DNA from: Macrostomum lignano
Taxonomy: Eukaryota
DNA length: 64,000 nucleotides
Direction of reading: 5' to 3'
Assembly: GCA_002269645.1 (NCBI GenBank)
Contig: NIVC01002867.1
Coordinates: 62,001 to 126,000 of the forward strand
Position numbers and translations under genes: made by a program. Shown piece by piece: positions 1 through 47,282 of this stretch. Each line of letters begins with the position of its first letter. The first letter of the stretch is position 1. Under the pieces are notes generated by a model, which saw only the letters and a program-made list of their open reading frames with translations, did not search any database and was not told the origin of the DNA.

Positions 1-820
1 CAATCTTAGAGTTGAAAAACAAATTTCTACTTTTTAATATCTCTTAGTCTTAGAAATATCTATCCTCAAAAATTTGGCTAGTTGCCAATAGGAAACCAAA
101 AATAGCCATTGGCAACTGAATTTTGAGCCCCAAAAGCCAGCTTGCAATTGGATTTCTAACCTAAAAAAACAAATAAGGCAGAGATCTTATACTTTTAGTA
201 TGCCTTTTTAGGTCTATTGTAAGATTTTGATAAGCCTAGGAAAACTAGGAAGCTTTTTATAAATAATCTCAATTTTGTATTTATATATATTTTTAATTGG
301 GAGCCTATAATAATATTAGAATATTTATTATAAAAACAGTTTGTAGTTTGCCAAAAATGCAAAAGACTTCTAAAACATTTTCAAATAGATTTTTGTCTTA
401 TTTCTTACTAATACTTCTTACTAGTTACTCTTTAACTAAGTATATTTTATTTCTTTTGGATTTTTAAAAAAGTAGGTAGCTTATATGATAGAAAAAAAGT
501 AGGCCGTTAGTAAGCACTTGATAGAGAAAAGATAAACCAAGAGTAAGCCATGGCCAAGCTACCTAGTGGCTATAAACAAAAGAGCATATAAAAAAGGGGA
601 GCCCAATGCCAAAGGTGGACAATAGTTTAAGAGCAAGGGTAAGAGAAGCTATTGACTAGCTTAGCTTAAAAGAAGTAATCAATTATTTTATGTATATAAT
701 ATATGCATTATTCATATATATCTTATTCAGTCTTTATTCTCTTCAATAGGCCTATAGGCCCATCTATTATTTATTAGCTATTACAAAATACTTATTGTCT
801 TCTTTCAGTCCAGCAAGCCG

Positions 821-3800
821 ATGCCAGAACAGCAGCAATCGCCCCAGAATGGCGGCAGCAGTGGCGGCGCCCTCACTGAGCAACAGCGCAAGCGGGTCTC
901 CCTAATCCTGAACTCTGAAGCTTTCCAACGCGAACTAGACGATATAATTCAGAGCCAAGTTCGCTCCGGTGCGCATCCGGCTTCGCTCATGGCTTTGCAA
1001 CAGATCGCCGATCTGCTGCTGCCGACGGCGCGCGGCGGCGCCGGCGCTGGCTTTGGCGTTGGCTCGGCCGGGCACCAGAATTTGCCGCCCCCAATTAACG
1101 ACATTCGCGGCAGCAACGTCGGGCATTATTGCGGCGGCCGGGCCGAGCGACAGCTGCGCTGCAAGCTGGCCGCGGTGCACCGCCTGCTGCACGCCAGGGG
1201 CTGGTCGGATGGACTCTACTGTCAAGCCTTTGTGAGCTTTTCTTTGCTGTTTGCCTCTAGTATAGGCTTCCTAATTCTAACCTTGTTTTAGTAAATTCCT
1301 CACATCCTCGACTCGGGGGGGGGGGCGACTTATGTGACTTTACCAACTCAAGAGACTGTAAATTCTGTTATGCATCTGAGAGGGGCTGGTTTAGCCATCC
1401 AAGAGTCGTGCTAGCGCTTAACTTTCTATTCTACTAACTTGAATTAATTGATTCTAAATAGAGTTGATATATAGATTCTAACTAGCAATCTGCGCTTCCG
1501 TCGGGGAGCCAACAAAGAATGTAATAAAAATGTTTAAGTAAACTACATGTAGCTTCTGACCTCAACCTTTATATCTTAGCAATTCCCCCACAATAAGCCT
1601 TGGCATCTCAGCAATTCCCCCCCCCCAAGACTTGACATCTCAGTAATTCCCCCCAAGACTTGACATATCATATCAGCAATTCCCCCCAAGACTTGACATC
1701 TCAGTAATTCCCCCCAAGACTTGACATATCATATCAGCAATTCCCCCAAGACTTGACATATCAGCAATCCCCCGTAGGCCTTGACATCTCAGCAATTCCC
1801 CCCAAGACTTGACATATCAGCAATTCCCCCCAAGACTTGACATCTCAGCAATTCCCCCCAAGACTTGACATCTCAGCAAATCCCCCCAAGACTTGACATC
1901 TCAGTAATTCCCCCCAAGACTTGACATCTCAGTAATTCCCCCCAAGACTTGACATATCAGCAATTCCCCCCAAGACTTGACATCTCAGCAATTCCCCCCA
2001 AGACTTGACATCTCAGCAATTCCCCCCAAGACTTGACATCTCAGCAATTCCCCCCAAGACTTGACATCTCAGCAATTCCCCCCAAGACTTGACATCTCAG
2101 CAATTCCCCCCAAGACTTGACATCTCAGAAGCTCGTAGAATCGGACTTTCTATCTGTGTAACAAGCAACATGTTTTGATAAAATTCTTATCTAATAACTT
2201 TTGCTCTTATCTAACTGGAAATTTAACAGGTGACAATAAATATCTAATGAGCAGCACTTTTACCAGACAGAGCTAGGCGATATTTAGTTAACCAGCCATT
2301 CCCTTATCTGACAGGTAGCGTTAGAGCAAGGTATCTCACATTATTAGCGATTCCTATCTAACAGGTAATAGTAATAATAACTGATTACACTTGCCTCAAT
2401 TGGGCCAGATGTACAACCGACAGCTCAGCTGCAATTGCGCGGCGCATCTGAAGGCTGCGTACGGCTGTTCAGTCCAAGGACTGGGGGGGGGGGTCGCCAC
2501 ACACACCCTCGATTCCCCCAGCTAATGCTGGCACCCATTTTACAGCTGGGTGAACTGAAGAAATGCAGAATTAAAATGTCTTGCTCAAGGACACAAAATC
2601 TTCGAGTGAGTCGAGAGTCGAACCCCCGACCTTTCAGTCGTGATTCGGACGCTCTAACGGCCCCAGAGTTTTAGAGTCATTTTTCCTATTTTACCTGTGT
2701 TACCTGCAAAGGGGGGCGTAGCCTCAGCGGCGTTCTGATGTACCAGCGGCCCAGGCTCGATTCTAAGTGCACAATGAAGTGTACTATGTCTAACGATAAA
2801 TACAGTTAGGGCCGCTGTACACTCCTGTGCGAGTGTGTGCCTGCTCAGGGGAGTCAACGGAATATTCCACATTCAGAATCGCAGTTCATCAATTTCCCAG
2901 GCCCGAGCCGGCGCAGATGCCTACCTGGCTAAGCCAGTCGGCCTGGCCTGTCGCGAGGCCACCGCCAGCTGTTTTAGCCGTCTGAACTCCGACGGCACAG
3001 TTGCCGATCCGGGCGGCACTGTGTTTGGCTGCGCGCCGCCAGACCCTGAGGCTTGGTCAGTAGCTTTGGCTCTGTTCAATGCTAGGCCCGATTTGAACGC
3101 AATTGTACTGCTGCAGACGCCCGAGGTGCTGGCCGTAGTTAACTGTCGTGCTGGCCTACTGCCCTTGTGCGCCGAAGCTCAGCAGCTGGGTAAGTGAGCT
3201 ATGCGATATTTGAAGGCTAAGGATCAAGGGAACTGGGATTTGAAAGTTGAGAATCAAGGGATCTGGGATTTGAAGGCAGGGGATCAAGGGAACTGGGATT
3301 TGAAGGCAGGGGATCAAGGGAACTGGGATTTGAAAGCTGAGAATCAAGGGATCTGGGATTTGAAGGCTGTGGATCAAGGGAACTGGGATTTGAAGGCTGG
3401 GGATCAAGGGAACTGGGATTTGAAGGCAGGGGATCAAGGGAACTGGGATTTGAAGGCTGGGTATCAAGGGAACTGGGATTTGAAGGCAGGGGATCAAGGG
3501 AACTGGGATTTGAAGGCAGGGGATCAAGGGAACTGGGATTTGAAGGCTGGGGATCAAGGGAACTGGGATTTGAAGGCTAGGGATCAAGGGAACTGAGATT
3601 TGAAGGCTGGGGATCAAGGGAACTGGGATTTGAAGGCTGGGTATCAAGAGAACTGGGAGTTAATAAACTGAGGACCTGACAAAAAACAAGCCGTCTTCCC
3701 CAACCCAACCCAAAGGCCGCACTGCTGTCGTCTCCGATACCGATCCGAAAGCCGTCGCCGCTGCGGCCGCCGAAGGAGCCGACGCCGTCCTGCTGCCGGG

Positions 3801-4255
3801 TCGATGCGCCTGCGTCTGCGGCGCCACAGTTGAGGCTGCCTGGCGCCGGGCTGAACTGCTGGCCGCAGCCGCCAACTCCCAGCTGGAGACTCTGCGCTCC
3901 ATCGGATTGGAGAATCTGTCCCTGCCCGCCGAGGACAGCTCCGCCGATAAGCCCGTCGAAGAAGCCGCTATTGAAGGTAACGGCGGCGAAGATGGCGAGG
4001 CCAAGCAGCGGGAGTGGAGCTTCGGCCAGCTGGAGTTTGAGGCCGCGATGAGGCAGCTGGACTCAGCCGGCTATCGGACTGGCTACGAGTATCTGGAGCC
4101 CAGCGTGCGGGCCGTGCGGCCTGGGGAGGTCTTCATGGTGCTGGAGCGGCGGGACGGTGAGGCTGCCGCTGCTGAAGGTGGACAGACAGGCAGACAGACA
4201 GGCAGACAGACAGACAGACAGACAAACAGACGGACAGACAGACAGACAGACAGAT

Positions 4256-4287
<32 letters not shown>

Positions 4288-4415
4288 GGACAGACAAACA
4301 GACGGACAGACAAACAGACGGACAGACAGACAGACAGACAGATAGTCAGACAGACAGATAGACAGACAGACAGACAGACAGACAGGCAGACAAACAGACG
4401 GACAGGCAGGCAGGC

Positions 4416-4474
<59 letters not shown>

Positions 4475-4515
4475 TAGACAGACAAACAGACGGACAGACA
4501 GACAGACAGACACTA

Positions 4516-4556
<41 letters not shown>

Positions 4557-5528
4557 GTCAGACAGACAGTCAGACAGACAGACAGACAAACAGACGGACA
4601 GACAGACAGACACACAGACAGACAGATAGACGGACAGACAGAAAGACAGACACTTAAGCAGACACTAAGAGTCTAAGACACTACGACACTATTGTGAAAT
4701 AGTTAGCGATGCAGTATCTTCAGTGTTGGCTAAAGTGCATCTTCACTTATTTATGAATTTGTCTTAATTCTGGCTTATCAGTTGAGCATTAAATGAGGCA
4801 GTAAGATCTACATAGTTTTTGATAAGGTTTTCTATGCACTAAAATGCAAATTCATCTGCTGTATGCGTTTACCGAATACAATATATTTGCACAACACACG
4901 CAGACGATGGCAACGATGATATTGCTAATAGGAGTGGCCGGACAGGCGCTGGCGGGGTAACTTCGGATTCGGAGAGTGGTGAGTTACTTATGTCCAGAAA
5001 GTAGTACTTTATGTGCCATTTTAAAATGTTTTTATTACCAAAAAACAGTCCATAAAATGCTAACTACGCTACTATTCACCTAGAAGTAGTGTGATTTGTC
5101 TCGTTTTTGTATTTTTATTTATCTACGCCAAACGGTTATGCTTGAATAACTGAGCAACTGTAGCGAGAAATGGATTTAAACAGTGGTCGATTTTTGGTTT
5201 TCAAATCGACAAATCTGTGCTACTTTTATTTTTTTTTTACCGAAATATCTCCAGACTACTTCTACTGATAGTAGCATTAATCGGTTTTTGTTAATAAAAA
5301 ATTGTTTTTTTCTTTAAAGAGCGCCGAAATGCTGGCGGAGGCGGCGCCCTGAGCGACACGCTAAAGTCCGACGTCACAAGCGGCGGCGAGGAGTCGGCGA
5401 CGGCGGCGGCAGAGGCGTCAGCCGATGGCGAGGATCACAAGAAATCGTCAAAGAAAAAGAAGAGCGGCAGCGGATTTCGAATACCGAGTTTCTCGCGATC
5501 TAAGAAAGACGCTGCGGGCAGCAAGTGA
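821..5528 (+). CDS. ADD1: Adducin family protein (alpha-adducin/hts-like), 5 exons, ~474 aa
   Basis: join(821..1231,2901..3189,3716..4156,4904..4978,5320..5528). All introns are GT-AG with matching phases (0,1,1,1), total 1425 nt. Adducin motifs: [90 protein letters not shown], and a C-terminal MARCKS-like [23 protein letters not shown]. The exon 3 donor could alternatively be 4177 (same phase). The symbol denotes the family, not strict orthology. Confidence 0.92.
1573..2128. repeat. ~28-bp minisatellite (CTCAGCAATTCCCCCCAAGACTTGACAT), ~19 copies, adducin intron 1
   Basis: Direct reading. Confidence 0.95.
2477..2665 (-). mobile_element. tRNA-derived SINE with CORE-like domain (copy 1, adducin intron 1)
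   Basis: The minus strand reads an A-box-like GGCCGTTAGAGCG and a B-box GGTTCGACTC (2615-2624), then TGTGTCCTTGAGCAAGACATTTTAA..TTCAGTTCACCCAGCTGTAAAATGGG, which resembles the MIR/CORE consensus. A second copy lies at 21441-21560. Confidence 0.75.
3203..3658. repeat. 30-bp minisatellite (GGGGATCAAGGGAACTGGGATTTGAAGGCA), ~15 copies, fills adducin intron 2
   Basis: Direct reading. Explains the spurious ORFs 3156-3647 and 3201-3596. Confidence 0.95.
4181..4652. repeat. (GACA)n microsatellite, adducin intron 3
   Basis: Direct reading. Confidence 0.97.
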
Positions 5529-6370
5529 AGCCGGTCGCAAACTGGTAATAAATAACATTAAATAACATTAGCCGAATATATAAGAAGCGTTGATTCACCT
5601 TCGAATTTTGTTCGCGCGCGGCTTGCTGCTTTTGCTTTGGTTAATCTTATATTTGCTTTTCATTATTGTATTATGATCTTGACTATTGAATTATGTATTA
5701 CTATATATATATATTAATCCCATAATCCCATAAATCCCCTAGTATTTCGTGTCTGTATTAGTGCAATCGTGTCTTTTCTCTCTGGATCTGTTGTTTTCGC
5801 TGCAATTTTATTATATTTGCTCTAAGCTATTATTAATATTTATTTATATTGATTTATACTTACCTCTTATATATTTTTTAATGTATCGCCTTCATGCGCT
5901 GGTGGTGGTGGACCATTTTTTTATTATTATTGACTAATTGTGCAACTATTTACCTTTTCCCTATGAATATATATGTTATTGCTTTAGTAAATCATTTTTT
6001 TACAACAGCTGATCGGCTAATTAGTTGATTTTAGCAATATTCTATACAAATATGCTTTATTGCTGGGGTGGCCTTCACTTTCCACCATATATATAAAAGG
6101 CAGGTAATATTTAGTGCTTCATTGATAAAATTACTTTGCAATATGCGATTTACCTTGTTGAATTAGCCGCTTTTTATATCTGGTTACTTATAGCTTTATT
6201 ATCTATAGAATTATACTTTCATTATATATATCTGCTTTGTGACACGCTGCTGCTATGCAAAGCTTTGAAAATGTCTCGATTGGACTTTTTTAATTTGTTT
6301 AACTGCAATCACCGATTGTTAGGGTGGGGGGGGCTTTGCCTTGCTGTTGTTTCACCAGGTTTGCCGCGAG

Positions 6371-6735
6371 CACTCATTTTGGCGCCACAGGCACTCATTT
6401 TGGCGCCGCAGGCACTCATTTTGGCGCCGCAGGCACTCATTTTGGCGCCGCAGGCACTCATTTTGGCGCCGCAGGCACTCATTTTGGCGCCGCAGGCACT
6501 CATTTTGGCGCCGCAGGCACTCATTTTGGCGCTGCAGGCACTCATTTTTGGCGCCGCAGACACTCATTTTGACGCCGCAGGCACTTATTTTGGCGCCGCA
6601 GGCACTCATTTTGGCGCCGCAGGCACTCATTTTGGCGCCGCAGACACTCATTTTGGCGCCGCAGGCAAGTGCCACAGTCACTTATTTTAGCGCCGCAGGA
6701 AAGCGCTGCAGGCCCTCATTTTGGCGCCGCAGGCT
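6371..6735. repeat. 21-bp minisatellite (GCAGGCACTCATTTTGGCGCC), ~17 copies, between adducin and KMT2C/D 3' ends
   Basis: Direct reading. Confidence 0.93.
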
Positions 6736-9208
6736 CTATATTTTGTCGCCCTGAAGCAAAATTATTGATTTCCATAACGGGTCACAAGGTTGGGGTGGGG
6801 GTGCAAAGCATTGGCATGTCCCCCTTGGCCTTTACTGGGGGAGGGCATGTTTGACAACTGCTTTACTGAGGGATTGCTGGCTAATGCAGTTTGTCTGATC
6901 GAGGGCAGGGAGGTACAGTACAGACACTAAGGCATACATGAAGACATTGGGGACACGCTTAGACACACGCTTATACAGCTAGGCTAGGACACTGAGACAC
7001 AAAGGCACAAGACACGCGCTAAGACACTGAAGCACACGCGGAGGCATCGGACGCACAAGACAGACACTGTCGGGAAATGCAAGTATGGCCTGGACAATGA
7101 GGCAGGTGCGCACAAATATTGAACATGATTGCCAGTCAGACTACAATTACAGATTCCAGTTATAGTAATTCGTACAGACACAGGGATGAGTCCAATAAGA
7201 TTTCAGACTGCATGCGCGCCACGCGCACTTACGATCGTAATTATCCGTTTCAGTAGAAATTGAGCAAATTGGCCACCTTGGATAATTGGTCAATGAGATA
7301 AGAAATTCAGGTGCGGCACCTGGGACGGCGAGGTGCCTTTGTCTACCTTTGGGAGATTAGACAAATAGTTGATGCATAAAATCTTATTATAATATAATTG
7401 TCTATACTAACTCACGCAAACCTATAATCTTTATATGCTGCCGCCGCGTGCGCACTTAAGTACACGGCAGTCACATGTTATATATGCATACATACTTTGG
7501 ATTTAATTGCTTCGGCAAGTATGGGTAAGACCACCGCCTTAATACCTTTAACTACTTACTAAATCGACTGTTATTTACATTTCGTTATTGCTTAACAGTT
7601 CTTCGCACGAAAGCCACCCCAGTTGCAATCTCCGTAAACGCGTACACATGTAAACCCTTGTCTGTATAACCAACCCCTGTGACCCCCTCTGTAACCACCT
7701 CCTAAATCGGCCTCTGTAAGCACCCCCTGAACCCTCCTATGTAATCAATCCCTGCAAACCTCTACTGTACCTTTAATCTGTAAATTACTTCCTTGACTGT
7801 TGGATTGCGACTGTTTCAGATTTCAAAAGAATTAACAAAACGTACTAAAACTCCACACCAGAACCGTATAGGGGATGTCGGCTGCTTTTGAACGCGGCGT
7901 GCTTTTAGTAGCAGAAATTTATGGCGACCAATCGGTTGAAGGAGATTATTAAATTATTTAATATATTTGAATATGTAATTAGATTTGAAGCAAACGCAAA
8001 CAAATTGTGTATAAATGAATAATAATATAATATTTTTGACTGCACTATTTGCTGCTAATGCATGAGAGACACTTATTTCTAATTATATAGAGCTATTTAC
8101 AATGCTCACGCGCGCCGGGACATTTCAGGGATTAGGCGTGGGAGCCCTCTGACAACTACAACAGTCAATGGGCCCAAGAGCAGCAAAAGCCGAATGCCTG
8201 ACCGCCAAGCTCTGGAGAAGCAGCAATATAATAATTAATTAATAACTGACCAACGCGAAACTTCTGCCAGACGAAATTCTTATACAAAGGCATACTCTGT
8301 ACAGGCGGCGCACGGGCGCCGAACTCTGCGCGATGCCGGCGTGCAAGCAAACAAGAAAACAAACAACAAAGGGCGATTACTGGAAAGAGTACATGCTGTA
8401 TAGACTACTGCCACTGTCAGTAAGTAGGCAGGTAGGGATTTTTTGGTTAGAAGGAATCTCGCAAAGATAATTAGCAGCTAACGGTAGGAAAATTATCGTA
8501 CGTAAAACAAGAATAGTCTACTTTAATTAATCATTTGTTTAATCAGACCGCCTGGTATAGCACCTGGGATAAATTAAATATTTATTGGGCCGGCTGCTAT
8601 AGTAAGTATTAGAGTGAAAATAGTTGTAAAACAATAAAGTACATTCAATAAGCGCAGATAGACGGATATAAACACAGGGGTGGGTTGAGGCGATATAAAT
8701 ATAAAAACATAAGTCTGTCTTGTCTTAATCTAATGCACCAATCTTGCTGCCGGAGAGCCAAGTCACGGTGGGGAGGGGTTAGCGGTTCAGAGATATTACT
8801 ACTAAATAGTATTATTTTATTGACAAACGATAAATTAAAGCAAAACAGTGGGCCACAATGGCACAGGAAAGCAAATTTATTTTTTTGCAAAAACAAAAAA
8901 GCATGACTGAATGAATGGATGAGGAGAGGCGTGACTGCGGATTACCAATAAACAAGCGCAGATGTTACAGTTAGATTACATAGCTGCACGGAGGACTTGG
9001 ATGTCCCAGTTATTTTTTTCTAACTCTCAAATTCCTACTTTTTTACTAACAGTAGCTTACTTAGCGGGTAACAAGAATTTTCTGTAACGGAAAAACAACC
9101 AAAAACACAACAATTTGACAGGAATGAAACAATCAAACAGAGAAGTAAAAGGAGCATAGTGAACTCACTGACGCGCCTACTAGCGTGTGAAATTTCTGCA
9201 ATTTCTTC

Positions 9209-9214
9209 TTTATT
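9209..9214 (-). terminator. Candidate polyadenylation signal of KMT2C/D (AATAAA on the minus strand)
   Basis: TTTATT on + lies ~120 nt past the stop codon. Motif only. Confidence 0.35.
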
Positions 9215-9331
9215 AATCAATCGGCTCTTTGTTAGTTTTTAAAGTGTTAATTTTTACACACGCTAGAAAGCCGCAGAGATATCCAGCTCTCCTAGAGAAA
9301 GTCCAGTCCAGCAGACATAAAACTGATTAGG

Positions 9332-44538
<35,207 letters not shown>

Positions 44539-44924
44539 TTCAATTCTTTTGAGAATTATCAAGTCGATATTTTGCTCGAATAGAGGGCGAAACAAAACCA
44601 GGGCCAAAAAGGGGGAAGGGCTAAAGGGCCATGAGATGGTCGATCACCCCTTTGACCACTTAAGCAACATTTGCTCTTAGCTGCAATGCAATAGTTTGTA
44701 TCCAATGAGCAATACGTTTGGCATCAAAAAATTATTGTGGCGTTTAATATTTATCTTGTACCATTTTAGGAGTGTTGTATTTAAGATTTTATAAACTAGT
44801 TTTTATTGTTTACCATTGATTCAAAGCAACTACCTGATGTACAGAAGCCATATCTTAAGTAAGGGGTTGGCAAAATTTTTACACTAAAGGGCCAGATAGA
44901 GAACCTAGCGAATGACTGCGGGCT

Positions 44925-46625
44925 AGAGGGGAGAGGAGAGTGTCGAAGGGAATAGAGAAGAGAGATAGGAGAATGGAGGTGAGGGAATAAGGGAGAGGAG
45001 AGACAGAATAGGACAGGAAAGAGAAGATGATATGAAATGAGATGAGAGGAGTGGAGAGGAGCGAAAAGGAGCTGAAGAGATGAATGGAGTGGAGGGGAGA
45101 TGAGAAAAGGGAGGAAGGAGTACAAAGTGCAAGTTTTTCTATGCCTCGCCTAGATTGCATTTTTTAAATTGCATTATTTTATCTATGATATTCTATTAGT
45201 AAGTTGCTAATAGCAAATGCTTTTAAATCATTTTACAAAATCAATGTATACATTTTTAAGCATATCAAACTTTTTTAGCTTATTTAGAATTTTCTTTGTT
45301 TTAATAAATAGTTTAGAAAATTTATTGAATCTTTACAAGTATTGGCATACATGCGCAACTTCTGAAATTACGCTGGCCGTGCGACTTAGTTTTCGATCAA
45401 AAATGCGACTTACCTATGTAAGAAAGCTAAACAAAGAATTGTGGGTAAACGGCAGGAGTAACTTTGACCATATTTTAAGGGCTAAATGCCTCGCCAGCTA
45501 ATTAGTGCAGATTTCGCGGTTTTTATTACAGCTAATCAGTATATCATAGTGGCGGCCTGAGGCAATTAGTAATGATGACAATGAGTAAAGACATGTAAAG
45601 ACAAAAGTCATGATTCATGAATGTCTAGAAGTAAGTGAAGTGAATACAGTGTGGCCTATAGCTCAAGAATAATTTCACTTGCTAGACGATTTGGCATGGA
45701 AGATGAGAGCCCTGATTCAGATGGCTCATCAGATGCAGAATACAAATCCAGTAGAGATACAAGCTGTGAAAACCCACAGATTTTGAAACCACTGAATTCT
45801 AATTCCCGGAACTATTTTGCATAGATTCTTAAATTTGAAGTCATGCTCAAACAAAAACTTGTTAACAGTTAGGAAAAAGGCAAACAAGGATGGGAGTAAA
45901 TGCATGTTAAATTAAGATTTGAGGCCTTTGCAAATTCTCTCCTTTCCTCAATCTTCTCATCCTCTTTTTATTTTCTCTCTCATCCCTCATCCCTTCTCTC
46001 TTTCCTCTCCTCTCTTTCTTCCTCTCTTATCTCTTCTGTCTCCTGTCTACATTCTTATCTCTCCTCTCGTCTCTCTCCACTTCACTCTACTCTCTCATCT
46101 TATCTCTCCTCTCGTCTCTCTCCACTCAACTCTCTCATCTCATCTCTCCTCTCTTCTCTACTCTCTTATCTCTCCTCTCTTCACTCTCCTCTTATCTCCT
46201 CCTTATCCTCTCTTCTCTCGTCTACTCTCTTATCTCCTTTCTTCTCTCCTCTTTCCTCTTTCCTCTCTTTTCTGATCTCATCCATCATCATATCTTTCCT
46301 CTTTCCTCTCATCTCTCTCATCTCTCTCCTCCCTCAGCTTTTCTCTCATCTATCTTTTCTCCCATTGCATCGCTCGCCTCTCCTCTGTTTGCTTATCTCC
46401 AATCTTCTATTCCCTCTACTTTGAAGTAAGAAAATATGCACACATTTTTGCTGAAGATAAGAGGAGAGAAGAGGGCATTGAGGAGAAAGGGTAGAGAGAA
46501 AAGGGGAGAAAGGAGAGGGAGAAGAGAGGAGAGTAAAAAGGAAAGGAGAGAGAAGAGGGAAAAGGGGGAGAGAGATAAGAGGGGAGGCAAGGTAGAGAAG
46601 AAGAGAGAGATGAGAGTTGAAGAGA
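44925..46625. repeat. Low-complexity purine/pyrimidine tracts (GA-rich 44925-45125, CT-rich 45935-46420, GA-rich 46455-46625)
   Basis: Composition by direct reading. Confidence 0.85.
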
Positions 46626-46854
46626 CACCAACCTTGCTAGTTAGAAAGTTTCAAAGAACCCGAGGGGCGAGGGCCAGATAGAGGGGCTTCGCGAGCTGGA
46701 CTTTGCTGACCCCTGCTCCGGAGTTAAAGAAATCAATGGGAAACTGTTGACATAGGCTGCTGATTTCAAAGATCTTGTCTGTGGTTGAAGGCTTCTATTC
46801 TGTTTTTTTGCTCCCCTGCCACACTTGCACCTACTACCCCTTGATCGCCTCTGA

Positions 46855-47282
46855 TTGCGACTTACTTCCCTCTTATTGCGACTTAGTTGCTCCTTTTGCG
46901 ACTTACCTAATCCTTTTGCGACTTACCTAATCCTTTTGCGACTTACCTAACCCTTTTGCGACTTACCTAATCCTTTTGCGACTTACCTAATCCTTTTGCG
47001 ACTTACCTAATCCTTTTTGCGACTTACCTAATCCTTTTTGCGACTTACCTAATCCTTTTGCGACTTGACCTAATCCTTTTTGCGACTTAGTTGCTCCTTT
47101 TGCGTCTTACCTAATCTTTTTGCGACTTACCTAATCTTTTTGCGACTTGACCTAATCCTTTTTGCGACTTAGTTGCTCCTTTTGCGACTTACCTAATCCT
47201 TTTGCGACTTACCTAATCCTTTTTGCGACTTACCTAACCCTTTTGCGACTTACCTAATCCTTTTGCGACTTACCTAATCATT
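46855..47282. repeat. 20-bp minisatellite (TTTTGCGACTTACCTAATCC), ~21 copies
   Basis: Direct reading. Confidence 0.94.

Noticed and set aside
80-117. 10-bp inverted repeat AGTTGCCAAT / ATTGGCAACT
   Set aside because: Too short to assign and has no supporting context.
2610-2665. tRNA gene on the minus strand
   Set aside because: It has A/B boxes but no complete cloverleaf (poor anticodon and acceptor stems) and runs into a SINE body.
3156-4615. ORFs 3156-3647, 3201-3596, 4063-4615 and similar ORFs in arrays (6136-6754, 14826-15212, 29706-30455, 55683-56873, 57198-57823, 58678-59155, 62059-62459)
   Set aside because: They are translations of stop-free tandem repeats lying in introns or intergenic DNA.
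8100-8400. GC-richer patch with ORF 8165-8362 as an exon of an extra gene
   Set aside because: No recognisable protein motif and no convincing splice-site pair. It may be UTR or a repeat remnant.
45690-45835. Short acidic ORF (MEDESPDSDGSSDAEY..) resembling a transposase N-terminus
   Set aside because: It stops after ~40 codons, with no catalytic motifs or termini found.
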